This document shows, one piece after another, positions 21,209-31,160 of a stretch of 64,000 bases of DNA. The translations under genes were made by a program, and so were the position numbers. This DNA is from Isosphaeraceae bacterium. Lineage in GTDB: Bacteria > Planctomycetota > Planctomycetia > Isosphaerales > Isosphaeraceae. The stretch lies in assembly GCA_965201075.1 (NCBI GenBank), contig CBDAVP010000011.1:124001-188000 (forward strand). Direction: 5' to 3'. Within the stretch, counting starts at the first letter, position 1; each line of letters begins with the position of its first letter. The notes under the pieces were generated by a model. It did no database searches. It saw only the letters and a list, made by a program, of their open reading frames with translations, and was not told the origin of the DNA.

Positions 21209-21961
21209 ATGCTCAAGCCAATTCTCGCGAGTCTGACGACCCTTTTGGGGGTAGCACTGGCGGCGATCCTTCAGCCCCCGCACCCCTCGGATGGGCCGCC
21301 CCCGCCCCACGAGGCGGCCGAGAAGAAGAAAGGTCCGCCCGGTCCGGAGGGAGACCTCCGCCGGGCCTTCGAACTGTTGCGAAAGCTTCGCGCCGACTCG
21401 GGAACGTCCGGCCGTTCCGAGGACAAGCTACGAGACTGGACCGATCGCGCCGCCGACATTTACCGCAAGGGGGTCAAGAGCCTGGGCGGCGATGATCGTC
21501 GGCTGGCCCATGAATACGGCACCGCGGCCCACGATCTGGCCCGGGCTGTCGACCACGCCCGCAACGCCGCCCTGTTCGATCACCCGGACCCCGACCTTCC
21601 CCCGCCTCCCGAGGGCCGCGGCCCCGGACACGAGCGCGAACGGACCCTGCGCGACCTTCGCCACGCCTTTGACCGCGTGGAGGAGGCCAGGGGAGACGAC
21701 TCCAGGGACGCTCGTTACTACCTCGACGCGGCCCGAGACCTCTACCGGGCCGCCCGCCGAGACGCCGAGGCCGAGCGGTTCGAACGCGCCGGCGAACTCG
21801 CCCGAGCCGCCGAGGCGATGACTCATGTCCCCGAGCATCTGGCCCACGCCGAACGCCGGGACGACGCGCCTCCCCCGCCCGAGCCCAAGGAGCGTCCCGA
21901 ACCCCGCAAGGGGGAGGACCGGCCCGATCGTCCCGGAAACGACCTGCCTCCCCCCCTGTAA
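21209..21961 (+). CDS. Exported helical protein with an internal duplication and His-bearing helices
   Basis: AGGAG SD, signal-like N terminus, and two similar helical halves separated by Pro-rich linkers. Confidence 0.8.
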   Translation: MLKPILASLTTLLGVALAAILQPPHPSDGPPPPHEAAEKKKGPPGPEGDLRRAFELLRKLRADSGTSGRSEDKLRDWTDRAADIYRKGVKSLGGDDRRLAHEYGTAAHDLARAVDHARNAALFDHPDPDLPPPPEGRGPGHERERTLRDLRHAFDRVEEARGDDSRDARYYLDAARDLYRAARRDAEAERFERAGELARAAEAMTHVPEHLAHAERRDDAPPPPEPKERPEPRKGEDRPDRPGNDLPPPL

Positions 21962-22257
21962 GCCACCTTCGCAGCAGTGGCGACCCTGGACCGGTTGGGA
22001 CTGGTCCGGGGTGGACATCGCGACGCGTTTCCGCCCCGACACTGAGCGATCCCAAGCACTGACGGAATCGATTGATAGGGCTTCGCTCTGGCGGTGGCTG
22101 GCGTTGCCGCCACGGCGATGGTCGTCATTCGGATCCCCGATTCGGACAACGCAATCCTCCTGAAGGCTGGTGAGGCGTTGCCGATGGCGTGTGAAGCCTC
22201 CCAGCGACCGTGCGATTCCTCCCAGCGTCCCTTGACCCCCTTGGAGGACCGCTGTCC

Positions 22258-23508
22258 GTGACGATTCCGGCTCCAATCCCGACGATGGTCCCCCTGGTCT
22301 CGGCGGTCTTTGCCCTGACTTACCTGGCTCTCGCCATGGGCAAGATCCCGGGCCTGCGGATCGACCGCGCCGGGATCGCCCTGGTCGGTGCCACCGCGAT
22401 GTTGATGATTGGCGCCCTGACGCTCCACGATGCGGCGAAGTCGGTGGATTCCGAGACGATCCTCCTTCTGTTCGGGATGATGATTCTGGTCGCCCACCTG
22501 GAGCTGGCCGGGTTCTTTCGCCTGGCGACCGCCACCATCGCCCGCTCGTTTTCGCGGCCTCATGCCTTGCTGGCGGTGACCATTAGCCTGTCGGGCACCT
22601 TGTCGGCGTTTCTGGTCAATGACGTGGTCTGCGTGGCGCTGACGCCCCTGGTCCTGCAACTTTGCCGGCGGCTGGGTCGGGGACCGGTCCCCTACCTGGT
22701 CGGTTTGGCGACGGCCTCCAACATCGGCTCGGTGGCGACGATTACCGGCAACCCCCAGAACATCATCATTGGGTCGCTCTCGCACATCTCCTTCCCGCGG
22801 TTCGCCGCTCGACTGGCCCCGATCGCCTTGGCGGGACTGGTTCTCGATTTCCTGGTCGTGGCGATCGTCTACCGGGCGGCCCTCGGGAGGGATGCGAACT
22901 CCACGGCCGCCGAGGCGTCCGAGGCGGTTCGCGTCCATCGACGCTTGATGTGGAAAAGCGTCGGCGTGACGCTGGCGACGGTTGCCCTGTTCTTCGCTGG
23001 CCAGCCGATCGCTTTGGTGGCCCTGACAGCGGCGGCGGTCCTGTTACTCGACCGGATTCGCCCGGCCAAGGTGTTCGGGGCCGTCGACTGGCCGTTGCTG
23101 GTGATGTTCGCTGGGCTGTTCGTGGTCGTCCACGCATTCGAGGTCCACGTGGTCTCGCATTGGGGACTGGAACGGAATCGGGCCCTGCTGGACTCGCCAG
23201 TGGTAGGGGTCAGCGGCCTGTCCCTGGGTCTGTCGAACCTTGTTTCCAACGTGCCGGCCGTCCTTTTGTTTCGTCCGTTGATGGAGCTGATGCCTCAGCG
23301 GGAACTGGCCTGGCTGGCCTTGGCCATGTCCAGCACCTTGGCTGGCAACCTCACGTTGCTGGGCTCGGTGGCGAACCTGATTGTCGTGGAGAATGCCCGA
23401 CGGTCGGGGACGGATCTGAGTTTCCTGGAATATCTCAAGGTTGGCATCCCCTTGACGATTCTGACAACCGCGGTGGGGATGGCCTGGCTGGCGTGGGTTC
23501 CTTATTGA
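22258..23508 (+). CDS. Ion-transporter superfamily anion permease (ArsB/NhaD/CitM-like)
   Basis: LSAFLVND, ASNIGSVATITGNPQN and LAGNLTLLGSVANLIV motifs; many TM helices; GTG start with GGAGG. Confidence 0.9.
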   Translation: MTIPAPIPTMVPLVSAVFALTYLALAMGKIPGLRIDRAGIALVGATAMLMIGALTLHDAAKSVDSETILLLFGMMILVAHLELAGFFRLATATIARSFSRPHALLAVTISLSGTLSAFLVNDVVCVALTPLVLQLCRRLGRGPVPYLVGLATASNIGSVATITGNPQNIIIGSLSHISFPRFAARLAPIALAGLVLDFLVVAIVYRAALGRDANSTAAEASEAVRVHRRLMWKSVGVTLATVALFFAGQPIALVALTAAAVLLLDRIRPAKVFGAVDWPLLVMFAGLFVVVHAFEVHVVSHWGLERNRALLDSPVVGVSGLSLGLSNLVSNVPAVLLFRPLMELMPQRELAWLALAMSSTLAGNLTLLGSVANLIVVENARRSGTDLSFLEYLKVGIPLTILTTAVGMAWLAWVPY

Positions 23509-23524
23509 TCGAGAGGCAGAGACT

Positions 23525-24790
23525 ATGGCCGTGGTGGAAAACCGGACGAGGGGTGGGAGCCTGGTCGCCCTCGATGCGTTGAATCTGTTCCTGGCCGACG
23601 TCCGCGACGGCCTGGGGCCCTATCTGGCGATCTACCTGGCCTCTCGACGCCACTGGGATTCGGGACGGATTGGCATCGCGATGGGGGCGGTCGGCCTGGC
23701 GACGGTTTTGGCCCAGACGCCCGCCGGAGCGTTGATCGATTCGACCCGTCGCAAGCGATTGGTGGTGGCTCTGGCGGCATTCGCCGTGGCCCTGGGAGCG
23801 GTGGCCGAGGTCTGGGCCAGGGGGCTCTTCGCGGTGGTCGCGGCGCAAGTGGTCATCGGCGTGGCGGCGGCGGTCTTCGCGCCGGCGATCTCGGCAATCA
23901 CTTTGGGAATGGTCGGCCATGAACGGTTGGCACGCCAGATGGGCCGCAACGAGGCGTTTAACCACTCGGGGAACGTCCTGGCCGCCCTGCTCGCGGCGGT
24001 CATCGGCGATTATGTCGCCTACGAGGGGATTTTCTTTCTGGTCGCCGCGATGAGCGTGGGCAGCATGCTCTCGGTGGCCGCCATCCGGGGCGACGCGATC
24101 GACCACGATATGGCCCGTGGTGGCGAGTCCGGCGCCGACGGGACCCCCGCCTCGTCGTCCTCGTGGCGCGAAATCCTTCGAGACCGCCGCATCCTGATCT
24201 TCGGCCTCTCGGTGGTTCTGTTCCACTTCGCCAACGCGGCGATGCTTCCCCTGGTCGGCCAGGAACTCGCCCGGACCCACAAGGATCACGAGGCCTCGTT
24301 CATGTCGGCCTGCATCATCGCGGCCCAACTGGTCATGGTCCCGGTCGCCTTGCTGTCCAGCCGCCTGGCGGTGAGTTGGGGACGCAAGCCCGTCTTCCTG
24401 GTCGGGTTCGCGATCCTCCCGATCCGCGGGGTCCTGTACACCCTCACCCACAATCCGTATGCCCTGGTCGCCATTCAGTTGCTCGACGGCGTGGGCGCGG
24501 GCATCTTCGGTGTGGTCAGTGTCCTGGTCATCGCCGACCTGACGCGAGGCACCGGCCGATTCAACCTTTTGCAAGGCGTCCTGGCGACGGCCACCGGCAT
24601 CGGCGCGGCCCTCAGCAACGCGATGACCGGCTATGTGGTCAAGGCCGGCGGTTTCCACACCGGCTTCCTCACCCTGGCGGCGATCGCGGCGGTTGCCCTG
24701 GGGTTCTTCGCCGTCACGATGCCCGAGACCCTCCGCACGGGACGACCAGTGGCAACGTCCACCTCGCCACCTTCGGGAGTTGCGGCATGA
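23525..24790 (+). CDS. MFS transporter
   Basis: About 12 TM segments; NLFLADVRDGLGPY, PAGALID, FHFANAAMLPL and GTGRFN motifs. Confidence 0.92.
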   Translation: MAVVENRTRGGSLVALDALNLFLADVRDGLGPYLAIYLASRRHWDSGRIGIAMGAVGLATVLAQTPAGALIDSTRRKRLVVALAAFAVALGAVAEVWARGLFAVVAAQVVIGVAAAVFAPAISAITLGMVGHERLARQMGRNEAFNHSGNVLAALLAAVIGDYVAYEGIFFLVAAMSVGSMLSVAAIRGDAIDHDMARGGESGADGTPASSSSWREILRDRRILIFGLSVVLFHFANAAMLPLVGQELARTHKDHEASFMSACIIAAQLVMVPVALLSSRLAVSWGRKPVFLVGFAILPIRGVLYTLTHNPYALVAIQLLDGVGAGIFGVVSVLVIADLTRGTGRFNLLQGVLATATGIGAALSNAMTGYVVKAGGFHTGFLTLAAIAAVALGFFAVTMPETLRTGRPVATSTSPPSGVAA

Positions 24791-25836
24791 GACGGTTGCC
24801 CGGCATTTTGTTGGTTTGCGGATTGGCCGGAACTTCCGCGTCGGCCCAGTGGCAATCCCAGGCCAGCGGCACCAGGTCGAGGCTCCGAGCGCTGTCGACC
24901 CCCAGCCGAGAGGTCGCCTGGGCCGCCGGTTCCGGATCGACCTGGCTGCGGACGACCGATCGAGGGCGGTCCTGGGTGCCTCACGTCATGACGGGGGGCG
25001 ACTCGCAGGATTTCCGCGACCTCCACGCCTGGGACGCCTCCACGGCCTGCCTGCTGGCGGTGGGACCGGGCGACAAGTCGCGGATCTACCGAACCACCGA
25101 CGGTGGGACTACCTGGCAACGGCGGTTCACCCTCAAGGAGCCCGGGTTCCTCGACGCTCTCGCCTTCTGGGACCGGGACCACGGCTTGGTCTTCGGGGAC
25201 CCGGTGGCGAGCCGTTTCCAGGTCTTCGCCACCGACGATGGCGGGTGGACCTGGCAGGGCGTTGCGGGTCCGGAAGTTCCCAGGGCGCGGCCGGGCGAGG
25301 GAGGTTTCGCGTCCAGCGGGTCGTGCCTGACGGTGCAGGGGCAGCGGAATACCTGGTTCGGCACCGGCGGCGGGGGGACGTCGCGGGTGTTCCGCTCGAC
25401 CGACCGGGGACGGACCTGGACGGCCTCGCCGACCCCGATCCGCGCCGACAATGCGTCCTCGGGGATTCACGCCCTGGCCTTCCGCGACGCCGACCACGGC
25501 GTGGCCGTCGGAGGGGACTATCGGGCCGAGGCCGACGCACGGGACGTGGCGGCTCTGACCGAAGACGGCGGCAAGTCCTGGCGGCGACCTCGGGGGAGGT
25601 CCCCATCGGGATATCGCTCCGGCCTGGCATTGCTTCCCGGAGGCGACGGACGGACGGTGGTCGCCGTCGGGCCCAATGGGGCGGACGTCTCGATCAACGG
25701 CGGCGACAACTGGCAGCCGCTCGGGCCCCCCGGCTTCGACGTTGTGAGCGTGGGGGTCGACACCGGGACTGGCTGGGCCGTGGAGGACGGCGGCCGAATT
25801 TCAGCCTTCGACGGCCTTCCCCCCGAGCGACCATGA
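24787..25836 (+). CDS. Secreted BNR/Asp-box repeat beta-propeller (Ycf48-like) protein
   Basis: Signal peptide and repeated (S/T)xDxGx(T/S)W boxes; ATGA overlap with the MFS gene. Confidence 0.88.
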   Translation: MRRLPGILLVCGLAGTSASAQWQSQASGTRSRLRALSTPSREVAWAAGSGSTWLRTTDRGRSWVPHVMTGGDSQDFRDLHAWDASTACLLAVGPGDKSRIYRTTDGGTTWQRRFTLKEPGFLDALAFWDRDHGLVFGDPVASRFQVFATDDGGWTWQGVAGPEVPRARPGEGGFASSGSCLTVQGQRNTWFGTGGGGTSRVFRSTDRGRTWTASPTPIRADNASSGIHALAFRDADHGVAVGGDYRAEADARDVAALTEDGGKSWRRPRGRSPSGYRSGLALLPGGDGRTVVAVGPNGADVSINGGDNWQPLGPPGFDVVSVGVDTGTGWAVEDGGRISAFDGLPPERP

Positions 25837-25946
25837 ACTTCCCGGTCGCCGGGAAGCCGACCCCGATTTGACAACCCGGCCCCGGCCCCCTACAACCGAG
25901 TGGCCCAGGACGCGTCGACGGACCCGCCACCCGGACCGATCCCCCG

Positions 25947-27382
25947 ATGCAATCCACCCGGCTCAACACTCATCAGAAAGCCGTCCAGATTAATCTGGAC
26001 AACTCCAAGTACGGCACCTTCGCCGAGATCGGCGCGGGGCAAGAAGTTGCCCGTTGGTTTTTCCGGGTCGGCGGAGCCGCCGGCACGATTGCCAAGAGCA
26101 TCTCCGCCTATGACATGACCGTTTCGGACGCAATCTACGGAACGTCGCAGGCGTTACGTCAGTCGTCAACGGTCTCGAGACCATGCTTGCTCACGAGTTT
26201 CTGACCCTCAACGAACACCTGGCCCCCAAGCGAGGCGAAAGCACGCGCTTCTTCGTCTTCGCCGACACGGTGGCCGCCCGGAGCTATACTCGCAAAGACA
26301 ACTGTCACGGTTGGATGGGCATCAAATTCCAAACCCTGCCCAACTCCGAGCCGTCGCAAATCCTGCTCCACGTGGAACTTGCTGGACAGCGAGAGCACGC
26401 TTCAACAGGAAGCCATCGGCATCCTCGGGCGTGAACCTGATTCATTCGTCGCTCTACGAGACCGGCGGCCCCGTGGCCTTGCTCCGGCAACTCCTGGACG
26501 ACCTCTCGACCAAGCGGATCGAGATCGATCTGATCGAGTTCACCGGCCCGGCCTTCGCGGGGGTGGATAACCGCCTGATGAGCCTGGAGTTAGTGCATTG
26601 CGGCCTCTCCGACGCCGCCATGTTCACCGCCGACGGCACCGTGGTCCAACCGGCCGAGATGTTCTACAAGCGTCCGGTTCTGTTGATGAGGGGCCGATTC
26701 CGACCCGTCACCAACGTCACGGTGGACATGATCCACTGCGCCCTGGCCATCAGTTCGCCCAGGAACCTTCCAACCGAGACGCCGATATTTTGGTGGTCGC
26801 CGAGATGACGCTCAACAACCTCCTGGAAGGAGACGTCATCGACAATCGCGACTTCCTCGACCGCGTCGACATCCTCCGGACCATCGGCCGACCCGTCCTC
26901 ATCACCAATTTCGGCGAGTTCTACCGGCTGGCCAACTACCTCCAGCGCCATGACCTCCAAGTCCATCGGCTTGGTCACGGGGATGCGGACCCTCAAGGAA
27001 ATCTTCGAGGAGAAAGTACTACCTCGACCTGGCCGGGGGCATTCTGGAGTCCTTTGGCCGCCTGTTCAAGAACGACCTCAAGCTCTACGTCTACCCGACC
27101 ATCGACACACGAGACCGATGAGGTGATCGAGGCCGACCACCTCAAGGTTGCCCCTCACCTGCAATCGCTTTACAACTATCTGGCCGAGAACCAGCACATC
27201 CGACCCGGTGCACGTGACTTCCACCGAGAATATCTGGGAATCTTCTCCGGAGACGTCTACCGACGGATGCACGAGGGCGACCCAAGCTGGGTCTTTCGAG
27301 GTCCCCCCCGGCGGTCGCCTTCATGATCTGCCAGCGACATCTGCTGGGGTACGACTCCCGAGACAGTTCGAGTCCACGTTGA
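25947..27382 (+). pseudogene. Conserved nucleotidyltransferase-like protein (YGTFAEIGAGQEV family), multiply frameshifted as read
   Basis: Coherent protein blocks in successive frames (YGTFAEIGAGQEVARWFF; FFVFADTVAA; VDNRLMSLELV; RGRFRPVT; DFLDRVD). The frameshifts may be sequencing errors. Confidence 0.7.
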
Positions 27383-27481
27383 GCCCGCCCGCGCTCGGGG
27401 TGAATGGCCCAGGGGCGCGGGTCGAATCGTTTGCGTTTCCAGCCCCGTGGTTCTTTTTCGTCAACGAGCAGGGTTTTTCCG

Positions 27482-28593
27482 ATGAGCACCGTCCTGAATT
27501 TCAACGCGGGTCCGGCCATGCTGCCGCCGCGAGGTCCTGGAGCGAGGCCCAGGCCGAATTGCGAGATTACCGCGGTCGCGGCATGTCGATCATGGAGATG
27601 AGCCACCGCTCCAAGGAGTATCGAAGCCGTCAACAAGGAAGCCGAGGCCGCGTTTCAAGAAGGCTGATCGGCGTGGGGGATGGCTATCGGGCCCTTTTCG
27701 TGCAGGGCGGGGCGTCGATGCAGTTCTCGATCCTGCCGATGAACTTTCTGGCCCCCGGCACCGTCGCCGACTACCTCATGACTGGCTCCTGGAGTGACAA
27801 GGCCCTGGAAGCCGCCCAGAAGCCGCTGGGCGAGGCCCACGTCGCGGCCTCCACCAAGGCCGACAGCTATCGACGGGTGCCGACCCCCCAGGAAATCCAG
27901 CTCACCCCCCAATTCCGCCTACGTCCACCTCTGCTCGAACGAGACGATTCAGGGGGTCCAGCTGGGCACGAGTTCCCCGACGTGGGCGACCGCCCACTCG
28001 TGGCCGACATGAGCAGTGACATCCTTTCCCGACCGATCGACGCCGGCAAGTTTTCCCTGATCTACGCCGGGGCCCAGAAGAACCTCGGGCCCTTCGGGCG
28101 TCACGGTGGTCCTGATCCTGAGAGAATCCTGGCTCGAAAAGGCCAACAAGAAGGCTCCCGACCATCTTCCTCTACGCCACCCACGTCAAGAACGACTCGA
28201 TGTACAACACCCCGCCAACCTTCGGGGTTTACCTGCTGAACCTGGTCCTCCAGTGGGCCGAAGGGCTCAGGGCGGCGTCGAGGCGCCTGGCCAAACGGAA
28301 CGAGGCAGAAGGCCGGCGATTCTCTATGACGCCATCGACGGCAGCGGCGGGTACTATCGAGGCCACGCCGACAAGGCCGACTCGCGCTCCACACATGAAC
28401 GTGACCTTCCGCCTACCTACCGAAGACCTGGAAAAACAGTTCGTGGCCGACTCCAAGGAAGCGGGGATGATCGGCCTGGGCGGTCACCGATCGGTCGGCG
28501 GCATTCGGGCCTCGATCTACAACGCCTTCCCGCTGGAAGGTTGCCAGAGCCCTGGCCTCGTTCATGGCCGATTTCGCCCGGAAGAATGGCTGA
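27482..28593 (+). pseudogene. serC: Phosphoserine aminotransferase, multiply frameshifted as read
   Basis: NFNAGPAMLP, SIMEMSHRS, QGGASMQF, VADMSSDILSR, YAGAQKNLGP, MYNTPPTF and GHRSVGGIRASIYNA spread over several frames. Probably intact in the organism. Confidence 0.9.
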
Positions 28594-28605
28594 GCATCTC
28601 CGTCC

Positions 28606-30172
28606 TTCAACGAGACGAGGGCCGCGCAGTGGCCTCGGCTCAACGTCGCCGCCCTCGTCGGCGTTTTCCAGAAGCTGCAGTCCGGAACGGCCCGTGTCAA
28701 CTCGTCTTTCGCACGGCGCCCCCCTGAGGAGGTCCGGGCGATCATTCCGGGCGATTCCTCAGCAAGGCCCTTGGGGGGTCAGTCCAGGGTCGGCCGCCTT
28801 CAAGGATCGCGACGATCCCCGCGAAGTACGCCGCGGCGTTGGAGGAGCCGTCCGAGACCTGGCCGTCGCTGAAGACCGCCCGCGAATCTTCGAGCAAGAC
28901 GTCCGGCTTCACCCGGCGGTCGGCGGTCGGCCCGATCGACGACAAGCGGGCTCGGGTCGCCCACCGTCACCACCCAGGGGTTATCGGCCGGCGGATAAAT
29001 TTCCCCCGACGCCGGTGGCGTCGACGAAGAGCAGGGCTTCCTGGGGGTTCCCCTTGGCGTCGGGCACCGCGAATTCCTTGCGACCCCGTCACCAGGATTC
29101 GAATTCGGTCGGTCCCGGAGAAATGCCCTCCCTTGGCCCGGACCCGAATCCGGTAGCCGTACTCCGATTGTCCGAAGGGATGTCCGGGATTCGCGGCCAG
29201 GTTCTCGCAAAACCACCCGTTCCCGGGGGTTGCGGGTCTCGTCGGGGCCAGGGAACGCGATCCCCCCAGACCTGAACCTTGGAACTCTGGCCGACAACGC
29301 CGCCCGGTCCAGTCCTCGATGAACAGGTCCAGATCCTTCTGGGTACCGGCGTCCTCCTCGTCCTGGTAGTCGTTCCAGGTCAAGGTCACGGTGACGGTAT
29401 TCTCATCCACCCGGTTACGAAACCGCAGCGACGCCACGTCCGCCGTGCTTCCGAAGTTTCAGAGTAGCCATCGGCCATCAGTCGGAGCGGACCGTTGTAG
29501 ACCTTGTGACCATAAGTTCCCGACGGCGTTGACCCAGATGATTCCCGGCGGCCACGGCCTCCGAGGAAACGACTCGGTTGATCGGGCCCCTTGCCGTCGT
29601 TGTTGCCGCCCCCCTTCAAACGACGCCACTGAACAGCAGAATCACGTCCACCTTTCGCTGCTCGATCGCGTAGCGGACAGCCCGACGCAACATGGTGGGG
29701 CCATTGGCGTTGAGCAGGTAAAATTTCGGCCCCTCGGGTTTGTGACCCGGTCATCGCCCAGACCAGTTGGGCCATCACCCGACCATGACGGTTTCCAGGC
29801 TCGAACGGCTTTCCGATAGTCCGGGATCACCCAGACCAAAACGTCGGATCCAGCTCGGGGTCGTAATGTTCGACCATCTCAAGGCCCCGGTCGGGCAAGT
29901 AGCCGCGATGGACTCCCATGACCGTCGAACCCGTGGTCGAGCACGGCGACCCGAACCGCGCCGTATCCCCTTCGACCGACTGATAGGCTCGGCAGATCAC
30001 GTCCAAGCTGTCCTTGCGGATCTTGTCCGACGTCCAGCAGGTCGGCTAGACGCCCGGAATTTCCCACGGGCCCCGCCGCCGCCGGAGCGTTCCGCAGGTT
30101 GCTGGGCCCGAGTCGACGAAAAGCCCCAGGCCAGCAAGTAGGAATAGCGAGGCGGTCGACCATCGACCGCAT
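28606..30172 (-). pseudogene. Secreted S8 (subtilisin-like) serine peptidase, multiply frameshifted as read; 3' end approximate
   Basis: Triad motifs in order: VAVLDHGF (D), NRHGRVMA (H), WVNAVGN (oxyanion N), KPDV, DGSSNAAAYFAG (S). GAGGAGG SD before MRSMVDRL. Confidence 0.7.
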
Positions 30173-30226
30173 CGGCCGATCCTCCTCGGCTTGAGCGAGC
30201 CTTCGAAAAGATCTCATCAAGCAATC

Positions 30227-30945
30227 TCAGTAGCAGCCGAATCCACCGGTAAAACCGCCGCCGCCATAACCATAGGGCGTACCCGCCAAAACCAATGCCA
30301 TACCCCGAGCCCGATCCCATAGCCCACGCATATCCAAACCCGCCGTAACCAAGTCCATAGCCGCCATAGCCGCCCCCGAAATCCGCCGTAGCCGCCCCCA
30401 AACCCGCCGTAGCCAAGTCCATAGCCACCGTACCCGCCCCCGAATTCCACCGTAGCCGCCATATCCCAGACCCAGGCCATACCCGCCGAATCCACCGTAT
30501 CCGAGTCCACCGTAGCCGAAACCACCGTAAGCCCAGGCCCAGGCCAAAGCCGCCGAATCCGCCGTAGCCGAATCCTCGGCCAAACCCACCGTAACCTCGC
30601 CCGTAGCCACGGCCGTAACCCGCCGTAGCCGCCACCGAAACCCGCCATAACCGCCACCAAACCCACCATGACCGAAACCGCCGTGGCCGTAACCCGCCAC
30701 CGAAACCGCCGTGGCCAAACCCGCCACCGAAACCGTGCATGACCCCAGGTCTGGGTCGGGCGTCTCGGCGAATCCAGCTCGCTGGAGGCCGCGTTTCTGG
30801 CTAACGCAATTCGCCTGGAGAGCGTGGCAACCGCCTTCGTCGGGGAGGGGGTGGTCCGCGGCCCGTATTCGGAGTCGAGTTCCCCAGCGACGAGAGCAGG
30901 GGTCACCAACAAGCCGACCACCAATGCCGAGAGAGACCGGATCAT
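30227..30945 (-). CDS. Secreted Gly/Tyr/Phe-rich low-complexity protein (frameshifted as read)
   Basis: Signal peptide MIRSLSALVVGLLVTPALVA, two ELDS motifs, then GFGHGGFGGGYG-type repeats ending GFGCY-stop; GGAGG SD. Confidence 0.75.
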
Positions 30946-31160
30946 GGAAGACCTCCAGCGGCTGGGGGGGCGTTCGGGATCGACGCCTCCGTGTCCCTCT
31001 ATCTTAGTCCACAACGAACCGCGCGTCATATCCCCTGGCCCCAGGATGTCGAGAACGGTCGACGCGGCGAGGGACCGCAGCGGGTATGATCCAAGGTCCA
31101 TCCGCCTCGCCAGCCGGGGCGGCGACCTTTCTACGGACGAGGACCGCAAGGGGTTCGTCG

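Noticed and set aside
21962..22257. Fluoride or other riboswitch upstream of the anion permease
   Set aside because: GGCGATGG is present but I could not find the rest of the conserved aptamer; an Infernal scan would be decisive.
26140..30900. Programmed ribosomal frameshifting or phase variation
   Set aside because: There are too many breaks per gene, in unrelated genes, with no consistent slippery motif.
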